A stretch of 63,666 nucleotides of DNA, filler included, from Collodictyon triciliatum (GCA_043381765.1; 8 parts of 8 records of this genome joined end to end with filler, not necessarily neighbours in it); one strand, 5' to 3'; shown: positions 1 through 13,600, counted from the whole stretch's first letter. Program-made: numbers and translations. Notes: generated by a model from the sequence alone, not told the origin.

Positions 1-120
1 TAATAGTAATAGTAATAGTAATAGTAATAGTAATAGTAATAGTAATAGTAATAGTAATAGTAATAGTAATAGTAATAGTAATAGTAATAGTAATAGTAAT
101 TGTAATAGTAATAGTAATAA
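1..120. repeat. (TAATAG)n microsatellite at scaffold edge
   Basis: About 20 near-perfect TAATAG units, directly visible. Confidence 0.95.
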
Positions 121-142
121 TACTGATAATAATATTAATATA

Positions 143-174
143 TTCCTTTATTCGATACAAGGAAGCAAGGGTTT
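143..174 (-). mobile_element. Longer copy (3' end) of the short retroposon family; may extend to ~330
   Basis: The reverse complement AAACCCTTGCTTCCTTGTATCGAATAAAGGAA aligns with the insert and adjacent base at 38137-38169 (AAACCCTTCCTTCCCTTGAATCGAATAAAGGAA). The adjacent 175-330 is GC-richer than its flanks. Confidence 0.65.
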
Positions 175-1642
175 TTAGATTTTTCTCCAGTGCGACATAG
201 TTCTGTGCGCCAAGGTTCAAAGCAGTGACACATGTCGGATAGGGGTGCAGGCCGGCTTTGTTCGTTAGCTGGGCTCATGGCTCATGGCTCATGGCTCATT
301 ACTATGCACTTAAGGGGGTCGAGAATAATTAGAATTCTAATGAGCTGCAATCATAATCACAATAGTAATAGTAATAGAACAGTAATAAGATGACGAAAAC
401 GATATATATTTATTAGATTAGGCCTTAATATTCGACTTCAGAAACGTTATCAAAATATTTCCTTTCATATTCAATCATTTACATGTATTAAGTAATTTTA
501 TACACGGAAAAACTATTGGAATCAATATGTATACAATCCTATTTCTATTTGACTTTTTTCTTGATCTTTTCTTTTTCTTAAGAAGTAATTGATGTCGAGG
601 AAACCTTTATATCAATATCCTTATGACTTTTTTTGCAAATGTTTGAAATTTTTATTCATTAATTAATGTTTATTATGGATTCTGGAAAATAAGGATACTT
701 TTTCATTAATTAATTAATAATATTCTATCTGGTTATAATTATGAAATTAAGGAAGTCACCATAGAATAAAAGTATGCCTTAATATAAAAGTAATTAAGAA
801 AACGACTTACTTTCTTAATTTACTTCCATTCATTTTCTAACCGAAATGATCTTACACCCAATTCAATTCTCAAAATATGAATTGCTATATTTATAAAAGA
901 ATTCTTAAATTAATTACTAGATTATATTTATCATATACCGATGTACATACAGAAAAAATAAACAGTAAATAAGTAAAAAGAACACAACCTAATTAGTCTT
1001 GATTCCAGTTAGAAGGTACCGATATGATGCATAATTTACTTACCATTTGATATAGAAAATAGTAAAGGAGTAATTATGTAATTAAATTAGACTAATACAC
1101 TTAAAAATACAAAATCATATCGAGTATTAAATTATTCATCTATGTTGGTAATTTCATTTTAAAATATCATCGTTTAGGAATTATGTAATTTTTCCAAAAT
1201 ATGTATCCCTAAATTTAACAGACAATTAATAATTATTACTGAATGATAACGAAACATATAAACATTTAGTAATAAAAGATAAAAATTTAAGAAATTAAAA
1301 CAGAAAACAAAAATATCTTAATTTAATATCTCTGCAATCTTTTGATATTTTTATTAAATTTTCATCACAACATATATTTTTGATCTTATTTAATGACAAA
1401 CATAGAGTTAGTGTCTTAAAAAAATATCAAAGTTTATTTAATCAGCTTACCCTCTAAAATAACTTGCCGAATTTATATGATGAGAATATTTGAGACATTA
1501 TAACAATTAATTTTAAAAAATTACATAATTGTTTTATATAAGAAGTGTGTGGTTTTTAAGAACAAGGAATACAAGCGTTTTCTTCTGACTATATATAATT
1601 ATTTGATTATCATCGAATTCATTTTTTTTTGATGATTGCATC

Positions 1643-4600
1643 ATGAACAGCATGGTATTATTGTTTCATTTATATAAAAAACATCATCCTCACAGAAAAG
1701 GATCCACTGTGAATCTGAAATGTCTGAAATTTACCTCAACAGCTTTTTTGTTGATATAAATCAACCTTCTCTCAGCAAGCAACATAGGTATGAATAAGGC
1801 AATAGATATATAAAGTTCAGTTATTACACTCAACGTTTCCATTAATCATTTTTGTTTCTCATTAAAGGTCTTGGATATTATTTTTATCCTTGATTACTTT
1901 GTCGGTCATAGCAAATTCATCAGCGCCTTTTAATTCCATCAACAAGTAAGTCCTGAAAAAAATTGTTCAAATTCTTAATACTAAGTCTTCACAATTTTGT
2001 AGATCGACATGCCATTATACAAGAGATGAGTTATTGTCCATGAAGACCGATGACGCATTTCAAATATTACTGAATTTTTACGATGAGATCTGTCCAGTTA
2101 TATTGAATGGACATCATGAAAAGAATTCCTATTCAAATTCCATGTCTAGTCTCCATGACATTCAAAAATGTGGAACTATTGATTCCAACACGTGGGATAA
2201 TAGGAGCAAATATATAACGAAAGAAGACGATTTTTATGATATATATGATGCAAAATCTAAAGTCATAAAAGAAATTATAAGCAGGGATGAAAACAAAAAA
2301 TATAACATGACCGATCATGTTCTTTCAAGTCAAGAAGATATTATTGTTCAATTTTACGATACACTTGGTGGAGAAGATTGGATAGTAAATAACAGATGGA
2401 AAGATGGATATTCTTATATATGCGAATGGTACGGAATAGTCTGTGCACAAGATTGCCAAGATAAATACTATGAGGTAATGCTTATACACACTGATATTTT
2501 GCATGAATTTTTTTGATAAAAATTTTTCTAGAACAACGAGTGCCCCATCGTCGGAATAATAATGCCAGAAAACAACATTCGCGGTAGAATTGAAGATGTG
2601 AATTTGATTTTGGAGCAGCTTCCTTACCTGTTTATTTTAGATTTAACTTTTAATTCGATCCACGGAAATGTCCCAGATTTTTCTTTTTCCAGTAGTATTT
2701 ACTTGAACCTTGGTTGGAATGAAATTTCTGGAAATCTTCCAGATTTTCAAGGAATACCAAATATTTCGTTTTTAAATATTGAAGAGAATAGGCTTGATGG
2801 ATCTATTCCTAATTTTTCTTCTATTTCTAATATTCAAATACTAAACATTCGTTCAAACGAAAAAATCATCGGTAAATTTTATTCGGAATCAAGCAAGTTT
2901 TGAATTATAATACAATAGTTTTTATTCAGGAACAGTACCAGACTTTTCCTCGACTCCTGATCTAAGGATTCTCTTGCTATCTGGTTGCAAAATTCATGGT
3001 TTGATTTGTTATAAATCTTATTCAAGTTTATTTCTTATGAGATTTCTATATAGGAACCGTTCCAGATTTCCATTACATTCCAAATATCGAGTTAATAGAC
3101 CTAGCAGGAAATCAATTAATAGGTTATCTCATTTATTTTCCCTTTAATAATATCGAATTTTTTGTAATAGATATGCCCTTTAGTTATATTCAATTAATTA
3201 TTCTAATTTATTGACGAAAAACAATCCGCCAATCGAAGATTAAAATTTAATTTGCACATTACATTGATCATATGATTGAATTTTATTGCAGGGTCGATTC
3301 CTAACTTTAAACTGATTTCGTTGGTCCAAGATATTCATCTTTCCGAAAATTACCTCACAAGTGAGTCTCCCTTTTGCTTACTTTTTTTTTAAAAAAAAAA
3401 AGCTAATATAATTTTTAGGTGAGGTACCAAACTTTAATGGCATTCAAAATGTTCAGTTCATCGATGTATCCAGTAATCAACTAAGAGGTGGCCTTAAATG
3501 CATAATTTTTCATTAAATGCTTCATTGAAAATATGTTTCTTTCGCAGGGATAGTCCCAAATTTCGAGAGAATTCCTTTGATTCAGGCAATATACCTTTCC
3601 AGCAATCAAATTACAGGTTTTTTTTTATAAAAAGATAATTCAGGTGTTTCAATTTTTATTCATATTTTAGTTATTTTATTATCTAATACATATTTCAGGA
3701 ACAATACCAGACTTCGATGGTATATCTAATATTAGGGACATTTACATTCATAATAATAAACTTCACGGTATATTTTATGTCCTTCAAATAATATTGAACT
3801 TAATAGCAATTGATCGAGTTGTTTCACTTCATATTCTAATTTTATTTATAATAGGAACAATTCCAAACTTCAGAAATATTTCAATTGTCCAGGTCATATA
3901 TGTTTTTGAAAATCGATTGACGGGTGAGTATACAGATACTCTTGGCTTTCTATTTTAACATATTCTAACTTAACTCACAAAACAGGAACTATTCCAAACT
4001 TCGACAGTTCTTTAAATCTAAAGAAAATACACCTAGGAAGAAACCTATTGAACGGCAAGTTTCATTCATGAGCACTTAAATTCTTAAAAAGAAATAAAGA
4101 AATCGGTGCATAATCATATTAATTCGATAAAATAGGATCATTGCCAAAATTTTCAAATCTGTCTAGTTTGGAATATTTTTCTGCATTTCAGAACAGAATC
4201 GAAGGTGAGGTTCCAATATTTGAGAACTGTTTCAATTTGAAGGAATTGGTGTTATTTCGGAATAATATTACTGGGACGCTGCCTCCATTCATAGCACCTA
4301 GACTTACACGATTAGACGTTGGCGAGAATTTCATTTCTGATCCTATTCCCGAGGACATGTTTATTCCCTTAATTCAATATATTGAGCTGTCCAGGAATAA
4401 GTTTAAAGGGACCATTCCAACATTCTTTGAAGACTTTGTCAAAATAAAATCGCTCATTTTGGCTCATAATCAATTTCATGGAGTTATGCCAGAGAAATTT
4501 TGGATATTACCAAACCTTGTGACTGTTAATTTGAGAAACAATTTATTCTCTGGTAATGTTGGAGATTTTGTTAGGCCGTCATTAAATGATTATGAATATG

Positions 4601-7600
4601 CTTGCGAAAATATTATTATAGATGACAATATGCTTGATGGGGAGCTTAATTGGTTGATTTTTGATTACCTTGATAACCTGAAAATATTAAGTTTAAAGAA
4701 CAATAAAATATCGAGGCTTGGAGAGGTCTCAAATTTATTAAAATGGGACTCCCTGGAGCTCTCTGGTAACCCAATTGCTGGCTCTATACCAGAATCCTAC
4801 AGTCGGTTCATAAAACTCCAGTATCTCGGACTGCAAGACACGCCCATGAGTCATGGCACAGCACATTTCATTCCATCCTTCATGACACAATCTGTCTCTA
4901 ATATTCTGGAAAAGTCGACGGATAGATACACATGCCCCTCAATTATATCCGATCTGGGCTCCATACAGACCCAAGTAAACATCAATCCAAAATATCATGG
5001 TTACGGTCTTTGCAAGTGCTTGCCTGGATACTTTGGATTCGGTAGCAAGTGTGTCAAATGTCCTCGAGAATGCGACTGCAATGACGGAGTGACGCTGGAA
5101 AGATGCTACTTTACGCCAAGCGTCCTTGATATTGTAGCAATCGCCCCTTGCTTGAACCCGACTGTTTGCAAGTTCACCATCCCAGACCGTATGGACTATA
5201 GAATGATGATAGCAAACGGCTCGTATGAGTTTCCATGCCAAACAGGCTACACAGGAAAGGACTGCGCCGCATGCGATGACGGATATTTGTTTGAGAGCGG
5301 GGACTGCTCGTCTTGCTCCTCAGACTACTCCTTCGTAAAAACTGCAGCCTTTGTCATCTTGTTGATAACAGGCACGGTGTACCAAGTCGGCCTAGCTTGG
5401 ATTATCGAGGGCTCGGGTGAGGAGGATGATGAGGATAAAGACAAGCAGGTAGGAGAGCAAGAGCAGCAAGACTCAGGTAAGAATCAGCATGTGGAGTGCG
5501 ATGCTGGCGATGCTGTGTACTTAAGTTTGTATTTTTGTAGCCTCTTTGGACATCTTTCTATTCTACACACAAATACTGCAAGTTTTGGGCAACATCGTGA
5601 GCCTACCAGACTTGAACGCTGCTGGTAAATTTGTCGGCAATGTGTTTTCACTCAAGCTACCCACGCTGGAGTGCGCGGTCGGCAACCGTCCTCACGTTAT
5701 GTCGCTGCTGAATCTGGTGCGGATTCCGTCCATTTTTGCGATAGGCGTGATTGGACTGCGACGATTCATCTCGAGAAATGACCATAAGAATGTGGAGAGG
5801 GTCTCGTTTATCTTTTGTTGTTTTCTCTTTACTTTTTCTTTTCCTTTTTGTCTATTTTTCTATTGTCATTTTTATTTGTTTCTTTTTCTTTTTCTTTTTG
5901 TTTATTTTTGTTTATTTTTGTTTATTTTTGTTTATTTTTGTTTATTTTTGTTTTTTTTTGTTTATTTTTGTTTATTTTTTATTTTTGTTAATCATTTGTT
6001 TATTTTTGTTTATTTTTGTTTATTTTTGTTTATTTTTGTTTATTTTTTATTTTTCTTTATTTTTCTTTTTCTTTTTGTTTATATTTGTTTATATTTGTTT
6101 ATCATTTCTTTTTCTTTTCTTTTTCTTTTTCTTTTTCTTTTTCTTTTTCTTTTTCTTTTCTTTTTCTTTTTCTTTTTCTTTTTCTTTTCTTTTTCTTTTC
6201 TTTTTCCTTTTGTTTATCATTTTGTTTATCATTTTGTTTATCATTTTGTTTATCATTTTGTTTATCATTTGTTTTTCATTTTGTTTATCATTTGTTTATT
6301 TTTGATTTTCCTTTTGATTTTCCTTTTGATTTTCCTTTTGATTTTCCTTTTGATTTTCTTTTTGTTTCTTTTTCTTTTCTTTTCTTTTTCTTTTTGTTTC
6401 TTTTTGTTTATCATTGGTTTATCATTGGTTTATCATTGGTTCATCATTGGTTTTTCCTTTTGTTTATTATTGTTTTTTTACTATTTGCATATCCACATAT
6501 ATGCGACTGATACATCCATCGCCGCCGCACATAGGTCGTGGTGCTGATGTTTGTTTTCCTGGAGGCCACCTACTTTTCGGTTGTCCAAGATGTAATAAGC
6601 TCGTTCGGCTGCACTCTGTACAACCAAGGCTCGGGTGCCTGGTTTGTGAACGCCTATCCCTGGATACAATGCGACCCTATGACAGATGATTACGCAAAGA
6701 TCGTTGGCGCTGCCATCCCGGGACTGATATACATGATTCTGTACCCGAGTCTCTTGTGGTCGATTGTCGTGATTGTTCGTAAGGTGAGCTAGATTTTGTG
6801 AGGGCCACACGTGTCTAATGTCTGCTAGCCCTTTGTATTCTTGTTAAGCCCATCTTTCTGAGGTCTGCAAAAATGTATAGGGAAAGTTTGACCTAAGGAG
6901 CAGCGAATCAAACGAAATAGAGATGGTTCAGGTTTCTCCGTCAAGTGGCGGGAAAGACCGTGGGTCTCATGAATTGCACATAGAGCACACTGACAATACA
7001 GAAGTGTCCGAGGGCATCACAGAGGCGAATCAGGGAAATCACACAGAAGACGCCCGGTCCGGAAGGGGTGCAGCACTCCAAACCATAGACCTGAATCAGC
7101 CCATATTCGACCTCATATGCAAGATTCAAGCCAACCGAATCTCAGCAATCTACGAAGAGGTAAATGGATGGGAGAGGACGATTTATTGAATGCTTCGTTA
7201 CCAAATAGAATGATTTAAAGGATAGTTTTGTTTTCCTTCCATGATTCCGGCCAATCCATGACTTTTCTTTAGCTTCCGTTCATACTTTAATGAGGTTATG
7301 TTTTAACGTTTGTTTGTCTTTTCATCGCTTTTTTATCGTCTTTTCATCGTCTTTTCATCGTCTTTTCATCGTCTTTTCATCGTCTTTTCATCGTCTTTTC
7401 ATCGTCTTTTCATCGTCTTTTCATCGTCTTTTCATTGCTTTAATCATTTTTAAACAAATATTGTGCATTTCCTAGCAATATGACTGGTGGGTCGTCGTCC
7501 GAGTTTTCCAATCCATCCTTTTCGGATTCACGGCGTTTGTTGTTCCTTACACATCGCCAGCCATCCTGTATTTTGTCTTCTTTGTCCTGATACAGGTACA

Positions 7601-8031
7601 AGCTCGCTGATATATCCAGAAACGAAGCGACTGTGTGGTTTATCAACTGGCCCTCTCTTTCTTTCTTTTTTTACTATTCTTCTGATTGGTTTTTTTTTTC
7701 ATACCAACAGCTGTCAATATCCCTACAGAGCCGCTTCGAGCCTTATCTGCTGGACTCGGACGACACTCTGTCGACTAACTGCTGGCTGCTGCTCTATGTA
7801 TCTTTCTTTGCAGCGCTTGTACAGGAGCTTGTGCCAGGGAACAACTGGATTTCGTTTGCAGTGGTCGGAGTGAATGCCGCCTTTATACTGTCGTTTGTGG
7901 TAACTTTTGCCAAGGAGATATTAGAATCCACAGTCGGGCTGTTCTTGATGGTCATGAAAAAGCTCTACTTCATCATTCCAGCAGTATGGCAAACGAGAGA
8001 GAAGGCTCCTTCAACCATGGAGATGATGTAG
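1643..8031 (+). CDS. Spliced LRR + cysteine-rich + multi-pass transmembrane receptor-like protein
   Basis: Hydrophobic N-terminal segment (WILFLSLITLSVIA), LRRNT-like 'W...ICEWYGIVC', many LxxLxLxxNxxxGxIPxF repeats, Cys-rich CKCLPGYFG...CQTGYTGKDCAACDDGY, then several TM exons ending in a WWVVV...FEPY..D..STN pattern. GT-AG introns join the frames; stop TAG at 8029-8031. Start codon uncertain (1643 or 1720). Confidence 0.88.
5860..6480. repeat. Compound T-rich microsatellite (TTTATTTTTG, CTTTTT, TTTGTTTATCAT, TTTTGATTTTCC) inside an intron
   Basis: Visible tandem arrays between donor AGG|GTCTCG (~5801) and acceptor CATAG (~6534). Confidence 0.9.
7318..7434. repeat. (CATCGTCTTTT)n 11-bp minisatellite, intronic
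   Basis: About 10 tandem units visible. Confidence 0.9.
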
Positions 8032-8454
8032 CCACTAATATCAGCTATTCTTCAAGGCACATGGGATGAGAGAGAGCGATGGAGTCCGAGTGTGGAGAAT
8101 AAACCTTATGACCCGGTGGGCTAGAAACTTAGCGTCTCTGAAAAGCTTGAAGTATGTTTATCTTTCGTTGGTACATAATATAATGACATAGACATGAGGG
8201 TGCAGAACGTATTGTTGAAATGGATAGCACGCGGAAAACCATGGGCACACAGCGAGATTATATTGATGAGCGTTCTTGATAAAAGACTTAAACATGAGCT
8301 TGAGAGAGCGTCATAAACAAAATGAGCATACCTAATAAGAATGAGAATGAGAGGGATAAGAGAGATAGCTGCACTTCAAATCGCTTTGCAGGTATACTAG
8401 ACAAACATTTATTCGAGATAGACCAGCGGTGTAACACTCGTGGTGCCACGCTTA

Positions 8455-10191
8455 CTATTGAGGTGGCGCCACGGAAGAAGCATCTGTGGGTGCTTTGCGG
8501 TTGAAAGGAGATTGAGCACTCCACAAACGCAGCGTTTGCTCTCTCGTGCGAAAAGCAGTTTGCATGTTTGTCACAGAACCCCCGCTGAATGCACGTCCGA
8601 ACGGCATCGTCGCCAGGGAAGAAGGCTGGGCAAGTTGAGCCTGGCCTGCATCTCCGAGAATGCTTTGGTTTGAGCTCGATAGGCTCTGAGAGTCCGTTTG
8701 AGGCTTCTTATTCTTGACATTGGTGTGAAGGCTGTGAGCCGGTGTGTGGTTGTGGGATGAAAATCTACTCGAGAACATCAGCGCTATTATCGGCTTTGTG
8801 TTCTTCTGAGGCAAAGCATGTTGTATGTTTGTTTGAGATTGAGTTTGAGTTTGAGTTTGGTTCTGATTTTGAGTATGGGTTTTAGTTGGGGATTGCCTTG
8901 GAATTCTAGATGAAGATGGATACGGAGATTGAGATTGAGAAGGAGATTGAGAAGGAGATTGAGAAGGAGATTGAGAAGGAGATTGAGAAGGAGGTGGAGA
9001 TGGAGTCTGAGATTGAGATGGAGATGGAGATGGAGATGGAGTCTGAGATGGAGATTGGGATTGAGATTGAGATGGAGATGGAGATGGATATTGAGTTTCT
9101 GTTTGAGTTTGAGATTGAGATTGACTTTGTGTTTGACTTTGAGCTTGAGTTTGAGCTTGAGTTTGAGCTTGTTTTTGGGGTTGAGCTTGAATTTGTGATT
9201 GACTTTGGGGTTGAGTGTGTTTTTGGGGTTGGATGTTAGGTTGAGGTTGGGGTTGTGTTTGTGTTTGTTTTTGGGATGGTGATGGCTGAGTTTCTGGTTG
9301 GGTGTTAGTTTGGATAAGTGATTGTACTCTTTTATCAACTCTAGCCAGAGACGGAGTGTCTTTAAGTAACACTTTGTTATTACTTGCGTGTTGTTCAGAT
9401 TCTTTGAGAGACACTATTTCCAAACCATAATTAATTTCATCAGGCAACTTTCTATCAAGACTTTTACCCTCATGAGTGACAACTCGTGGTGTGCTCAACT
9501 TGGAGGATTTAGAAATGGGAGCAGAGGCAAAACATGGACTTTTATCCGACGGGTTTGTAGCCGAGACGTGTATCGATTCGCGCGGTTTGCGATTGTATGG
9601 AGATGGCGACCGTGACTTATGTCGAGACTTCCCAACAAACAATGTCCTGTATTTGTGTCTAGGCCGGGCTCGATGCGGTAATGCTACTATCGGCTGCCTT
9701 TCGAAGACATCTAATCCAGCAGCTCGAAGAGAACTCGATGGAGCAGAGGCACGATTATTTCGACCGTGGTATTGATGCCTGTCCTTCCGTGTTGGACTTA
9801 TGGCCAGTGCTTCAAAGGAGGATTCCATCGACTCCACGGGCTGCGAAGCAACAGAGGCAAAAAGGGAGGATGGCTCGTGGGAATATGCATTGGATGTTGT
9901 CTGTCCCGTTTGTATCGATGAGGTTGAGGATGCCGTTGTATTGGCAGATAAGACGAGAGAAGTTTGATGGAATAAGACGGCTTCATTAGTTGGGCTAGTG
10001 ATTGTCGAGGCAGAGTCTGTTGCCGGTGTTAAATCTACTACTGTTGCCTGTGCCTGTGTTTGCGTTTGCGTTTGTGTTTGCGTTTGTGTTTGCGTTTGTG
10101 TTTGTTGGGCTGGGGGTGTTGAGTTGTTTGACGGCAGGTTGAAGACAGGCTGCAGCCGAGCAAGGGCGCGGACTCTGGGCACCACTGACAT
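8455..10191 (-). CDS. Hypothetical low-complexity Q/T/S/P-rich protein
   Basis: 578-codon ORF with non-repetitive coding-like segments between QT and SPSQ repeats. No recognisable domain; may be a terminal exon. Confidence 0.55.
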   Translation of the reverse strand: MSVVPRVRALARLQPVFNLPSNNSTPPAQQTQTQTQTQTQTQTQTQAQATVVDLTPATDSASTITSPTNEAVLFHQTSLVLSANTTASSTSSIQTGQTTSNAYSHEPSSLFASVASQPVESMESSFEALAISPTRKDRHQYHGRNNRASAPSSSLRAAGLDVFERQPIVALPHRARPRHKYRTLFVGKSRHKSRSPSPYNRKPRESIHVSATNPSDKSPCFASAPISKSSKLSTPRVVTHEGKSLDRKLPDEINYGLEIVSLKESEQHASNNKVLLKDTPSLARVDKRVQSLIQTNTQPETQPSPSQKQTQTQPQPQPNIQPQKHTQPQSQSQIQAQPQKQAQTQAQTQAQSQTQSQSQSQTQTETQYPSPSPSQSQSQSPSQTPSPSPSPSQSQTPSPPPSQSPSQSPSQSPSQSPSQSQSPYPSSSRIPRQSPTKTHTQNQNQTQTQTQSQTNIQHALPQKNTKPIIALMFSSRFSSHNHTPAHSLHTNVKNKKPQTDSQSLSSSNQSILGDAGQAQLAQPSSLATMPFGRAFSGGSVTNMQTAFRTREQTLRLWSAQSPFNRKAPTDASSVAPPQ

Positions 10192-10352
10192 GGTTCAGGG
10201 AGAGAAGTTGTTTGTGCCCGCCTGGAGAATAGGTTTTTTTGTTTTTTGTTTTTTTTTTGTTTTTTTTGGTTTTTTTGGTTTTTTTGGTTTTTTGGTTTTT
10301 TGGTTTTTTGGTTTTTTGGTTTTTTGGTTTTTTGGTTTTTTGTTTTTTTTTG

Positions 10353-10452
10353 NNNNNNNNNNNNNNNNNNNNNNNNNNNNNNNNNNNNNNNNNNNNTTAA
10401 TTAATTAANNNNNNNNNNNNNNNNNNNNNNNNNNNNNNNNNNNNNNNNNNNN
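10353..10452. other. Artificial scaffold linker N-TTAATTAATTAA-N (also at ~20775, 31226, 41664, 52105, 57023, 62530)
   Basis: Identical ~100-nt pad with six-frame stop TTAATTAATTAA, recurring about every 10.4 kb. Confidence 0.97.
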
Positions 10453-10556
<104 letters not shown>

Positions 10557-10632
10557 AGTTTTTGTTGTAGTTTTTGTTGTTGTTTTTGTTGTCGTTTCGT
10601 TGTCTAAACCGCCGCCATGCCCCATAGACAGC

Positions 10633-13600
10633 ATGGAAGACTTCGAGGCACACCCTTTCTGCAGCAAGTTGAAGGTATTCCTCAAACCATCAACGAATCG
10701 CTTTTGTCCATGCCCAAGTTGTAATCCCCTTCTCTTCGTTGGCATTTTACCTCGGGTATTTTGTCCCTATTGTTAAAAGGCAATCCTACAATAATGATTA
10801 TTACCGAGTAGAATGAATACGTTTTTGCGTTCGATCGCTCGCATCGTCTCCGATTCACTTTGCTTGTTCCGCCACTCTGCGATGTTCTTGACCTGAGCGA
10901 CCTTACCACAACGATGGGTATGAAGGCATATTTATACATTATATCGGCAAGCTATCTCGAATCCATTCTAATAATTCCCTCTTATGCATGCTTTTTTCTT
11001 TCCAAACTGGAATGTTTGCCAGACAACCATCTCATCAGAACTGATCCTATTGGAAATCGCTACGCAACCATGAGTGGGAAGTGGATTACAATTGACGCGC
11101 ATCGTGTAATGACAGAAGATGGTACAGTTTGTTAGGGATGAATGACATACAATAATTACTTGCACTTGTTATTCATATATTCCTTCGACCTGTTTTTTTA
11201 ATTTACATTTACATTAATTTCTTCACTTAATGATGCAATCAAATCTAATGCATACATCACACTTGGATGAACGGCATCTCTTAAAACCTTCATTTAAATA
11301 AACTATCTACCAATTTAAAAAACAGGATTCGAGAACCAAAATATGGCCATCATTTTACTGGAAACTACTTATCAGAATGACAGGAAACAGTAATGTTGTT
11401 AGAAATGTTTTTTTTTTTTTGATTGTCTCAGAGTTCTAAATTATTTTATTTTTTAAAAAAGTTCAATAGGGTTGGTTTTCATCGACACAGCAATCTATTT
11501 GCCGTCAGAAGCGGTATGTCATCACAATCGCTTCAAAATCAATCAAAATGAAATTTAGTCAGATCATCACAATCAACGAGAAACACGTTGTATAGATGCA
11601 CAATTTGTTGACAACCCTTTTCAAACAGATTCGACACTCTCTATTGAATATGCAAGAAACTGTATTTCGCATGTTTCCAAATGACCCTAATCTTCACTTG
11701 TAAATACTTCAATATCGTCATGCCATAGCTTATTTCATACCAACAAATACAGTTTTCATGTCTTATTGTCTTGCTTTTTATAATACTGTTCTGTTATGCG
11801 ATGTTCGTATGGTCTGAATATGTAATTTCCCTCCTACACTCGATTCAAAGTGTAAACTGGCTAAGTATCTGAATTCTTAGTTACAAGAGCTTCCTTGAAA
11901 TGTTCCACGAGAATAGAGATGTTCTCCACCAACTTGGGCTGTACATATCAGATTTCAACGAAAACTATATTATGGTTCAAGGATGCGAGAGTCAGGTTTG
12001 GAAAAGAGTAAAGTCGATCTGGGTTGATACAATGGAGGTAGGTACATTTGATGTTAATTTGATTAACTTACACATTCGTTTACCAATTATTCTTTTTTTA
12101 AACATACACAGTGCCTAACCAATTGAACTGGAAACATCCTTTTTAAAGCTGAATTTTTTTCCCCACAAAAAAAATTAAAAATAATCAAAAATGCACGGGT
12201 ATGCAAAAGTCTCTTGTGAACCAAAATCCATCGTTCTCATGCTGCAGAAGACATACAGTGTATATGAATAATCTGCAAATGGCAGTCGAAAGGTTCCTCA
12301 CATAAATTATTCATAGATTTATTACTTTTATGTTCCTTTTTTCTTCTTTTATCACACAATACCATTATAGTATTGAATCCTGCATAAGAGATGTCCTCAC
12401 AATATTAGTTACCTGCTCGATCAGCTCTATGATGTAATTCATGGGGGCCTCTTGCTAATGTACGGAAGTGAAGATGCCTACATGTACCGGAAGTGTCAGG
12501 CCTTGTCAAATATATCGCTTGAAGAGCTTGGTATGAAATAATGACCATTTAAAAGCTAGCGCATATTTGAAACTGTAAATATAGATACCATAAACAAGCG
12601 GGTTGTTACTCTAGGCTTGCCTGCTGTATTCGTCTGCGATCTAAACCCTGCTATCGATATTATGGGAGAATTAACAGAAATGGTCAGTGTATATTTAATT
12701 AGCTGAATATCAACTCTAAGCATTTAGTTGCTAGCATTTCCCTAAACAAGATTTATTTCCTAAAACAAATATACGATGCTGTAACCAGAGAACTCCGATT
12801 GATATGCTCCAGTGTATGCAGCGAATGATAAAATTGGTTACAGAATTGATAACCGTTCAAGCGGACTTTACCGCATCTCAAAGAGGTGCCTTATTAATTT
12901 TTTTTTGTAATAGTATCATAATTATCAATATGAACATGATGATTATATTAAGTCGCTATTTTCCTGACAACCCAAAATTAGAATACTGAATCCATTTCTG
13001 TAGACGAACCGTTGCCCATAACAACAGACGACCTTCTTTGTTGTATTTCATTTGTCATCATAAAATCTTGCCCGATGCATATTCATGCAGATTTGGATTA
13101 CATGCAAAACTTTCGGTTTTCAAACACAAGTACAGGTGAACTCGGGTACGTTTAAATTTGAATAAAGTCGTGCTCTTCCAAAAGTAACAATCCTATTTGG
13201 TTCAGATTTAATCTTGTAACGTTTCACGCCGCAGTATCGTTCATACAGACAGAAATCGATTTTCCAGGTTTTTTTGTTATTTTATTCATTCTTCCCTTTT
13301 TTTTTTCTTTTTCGAATGATATTCTTTCTATAATTTACAAAGTCGTATCAGTTAATTCTTCATAATCTAATCTGTGCATAAATATTCCAGATATCTTTTA
13401 TAAAACACTGACTTCAATAGCTTTTTGTTTTTTTACTTACACAATTCCTTTTAATAACTGAGCAAAGTCGAAGAGGTGCCAGAGAATCCCACTCACTCCG
13501 AGCTCGACATAGAGTTTAAAGGCATCCCTGGACAGGCTGATGAAAACGAAACAGAACACCTCAATTATCCATCATCTTGTAATTCCAATGAAAGCGATAA

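Noticed and set aside
1-120. (TAATAG)n as a possible telomere
   Set aside because: It decays into AT-rich sequence, partly recurs at ~361-377, and nearly all scaffold ends here break at assorted microsatellites.
5751-6510. Long Phe/Leu/Ser-rich ORFs here, and other poly-K/E/R or X-filled ORFs in the track
   Set aside because: Translations of intronic microsatellites or N gaps.
10397-10408. Regularly spaced TTAATTAATTAA palindromes inside N runs
   Set aside because: Assembly concatenation linkers (six-frame stops). The ~10.4-kb spacing most likely reflects length-sorted scaffolds, not biology.
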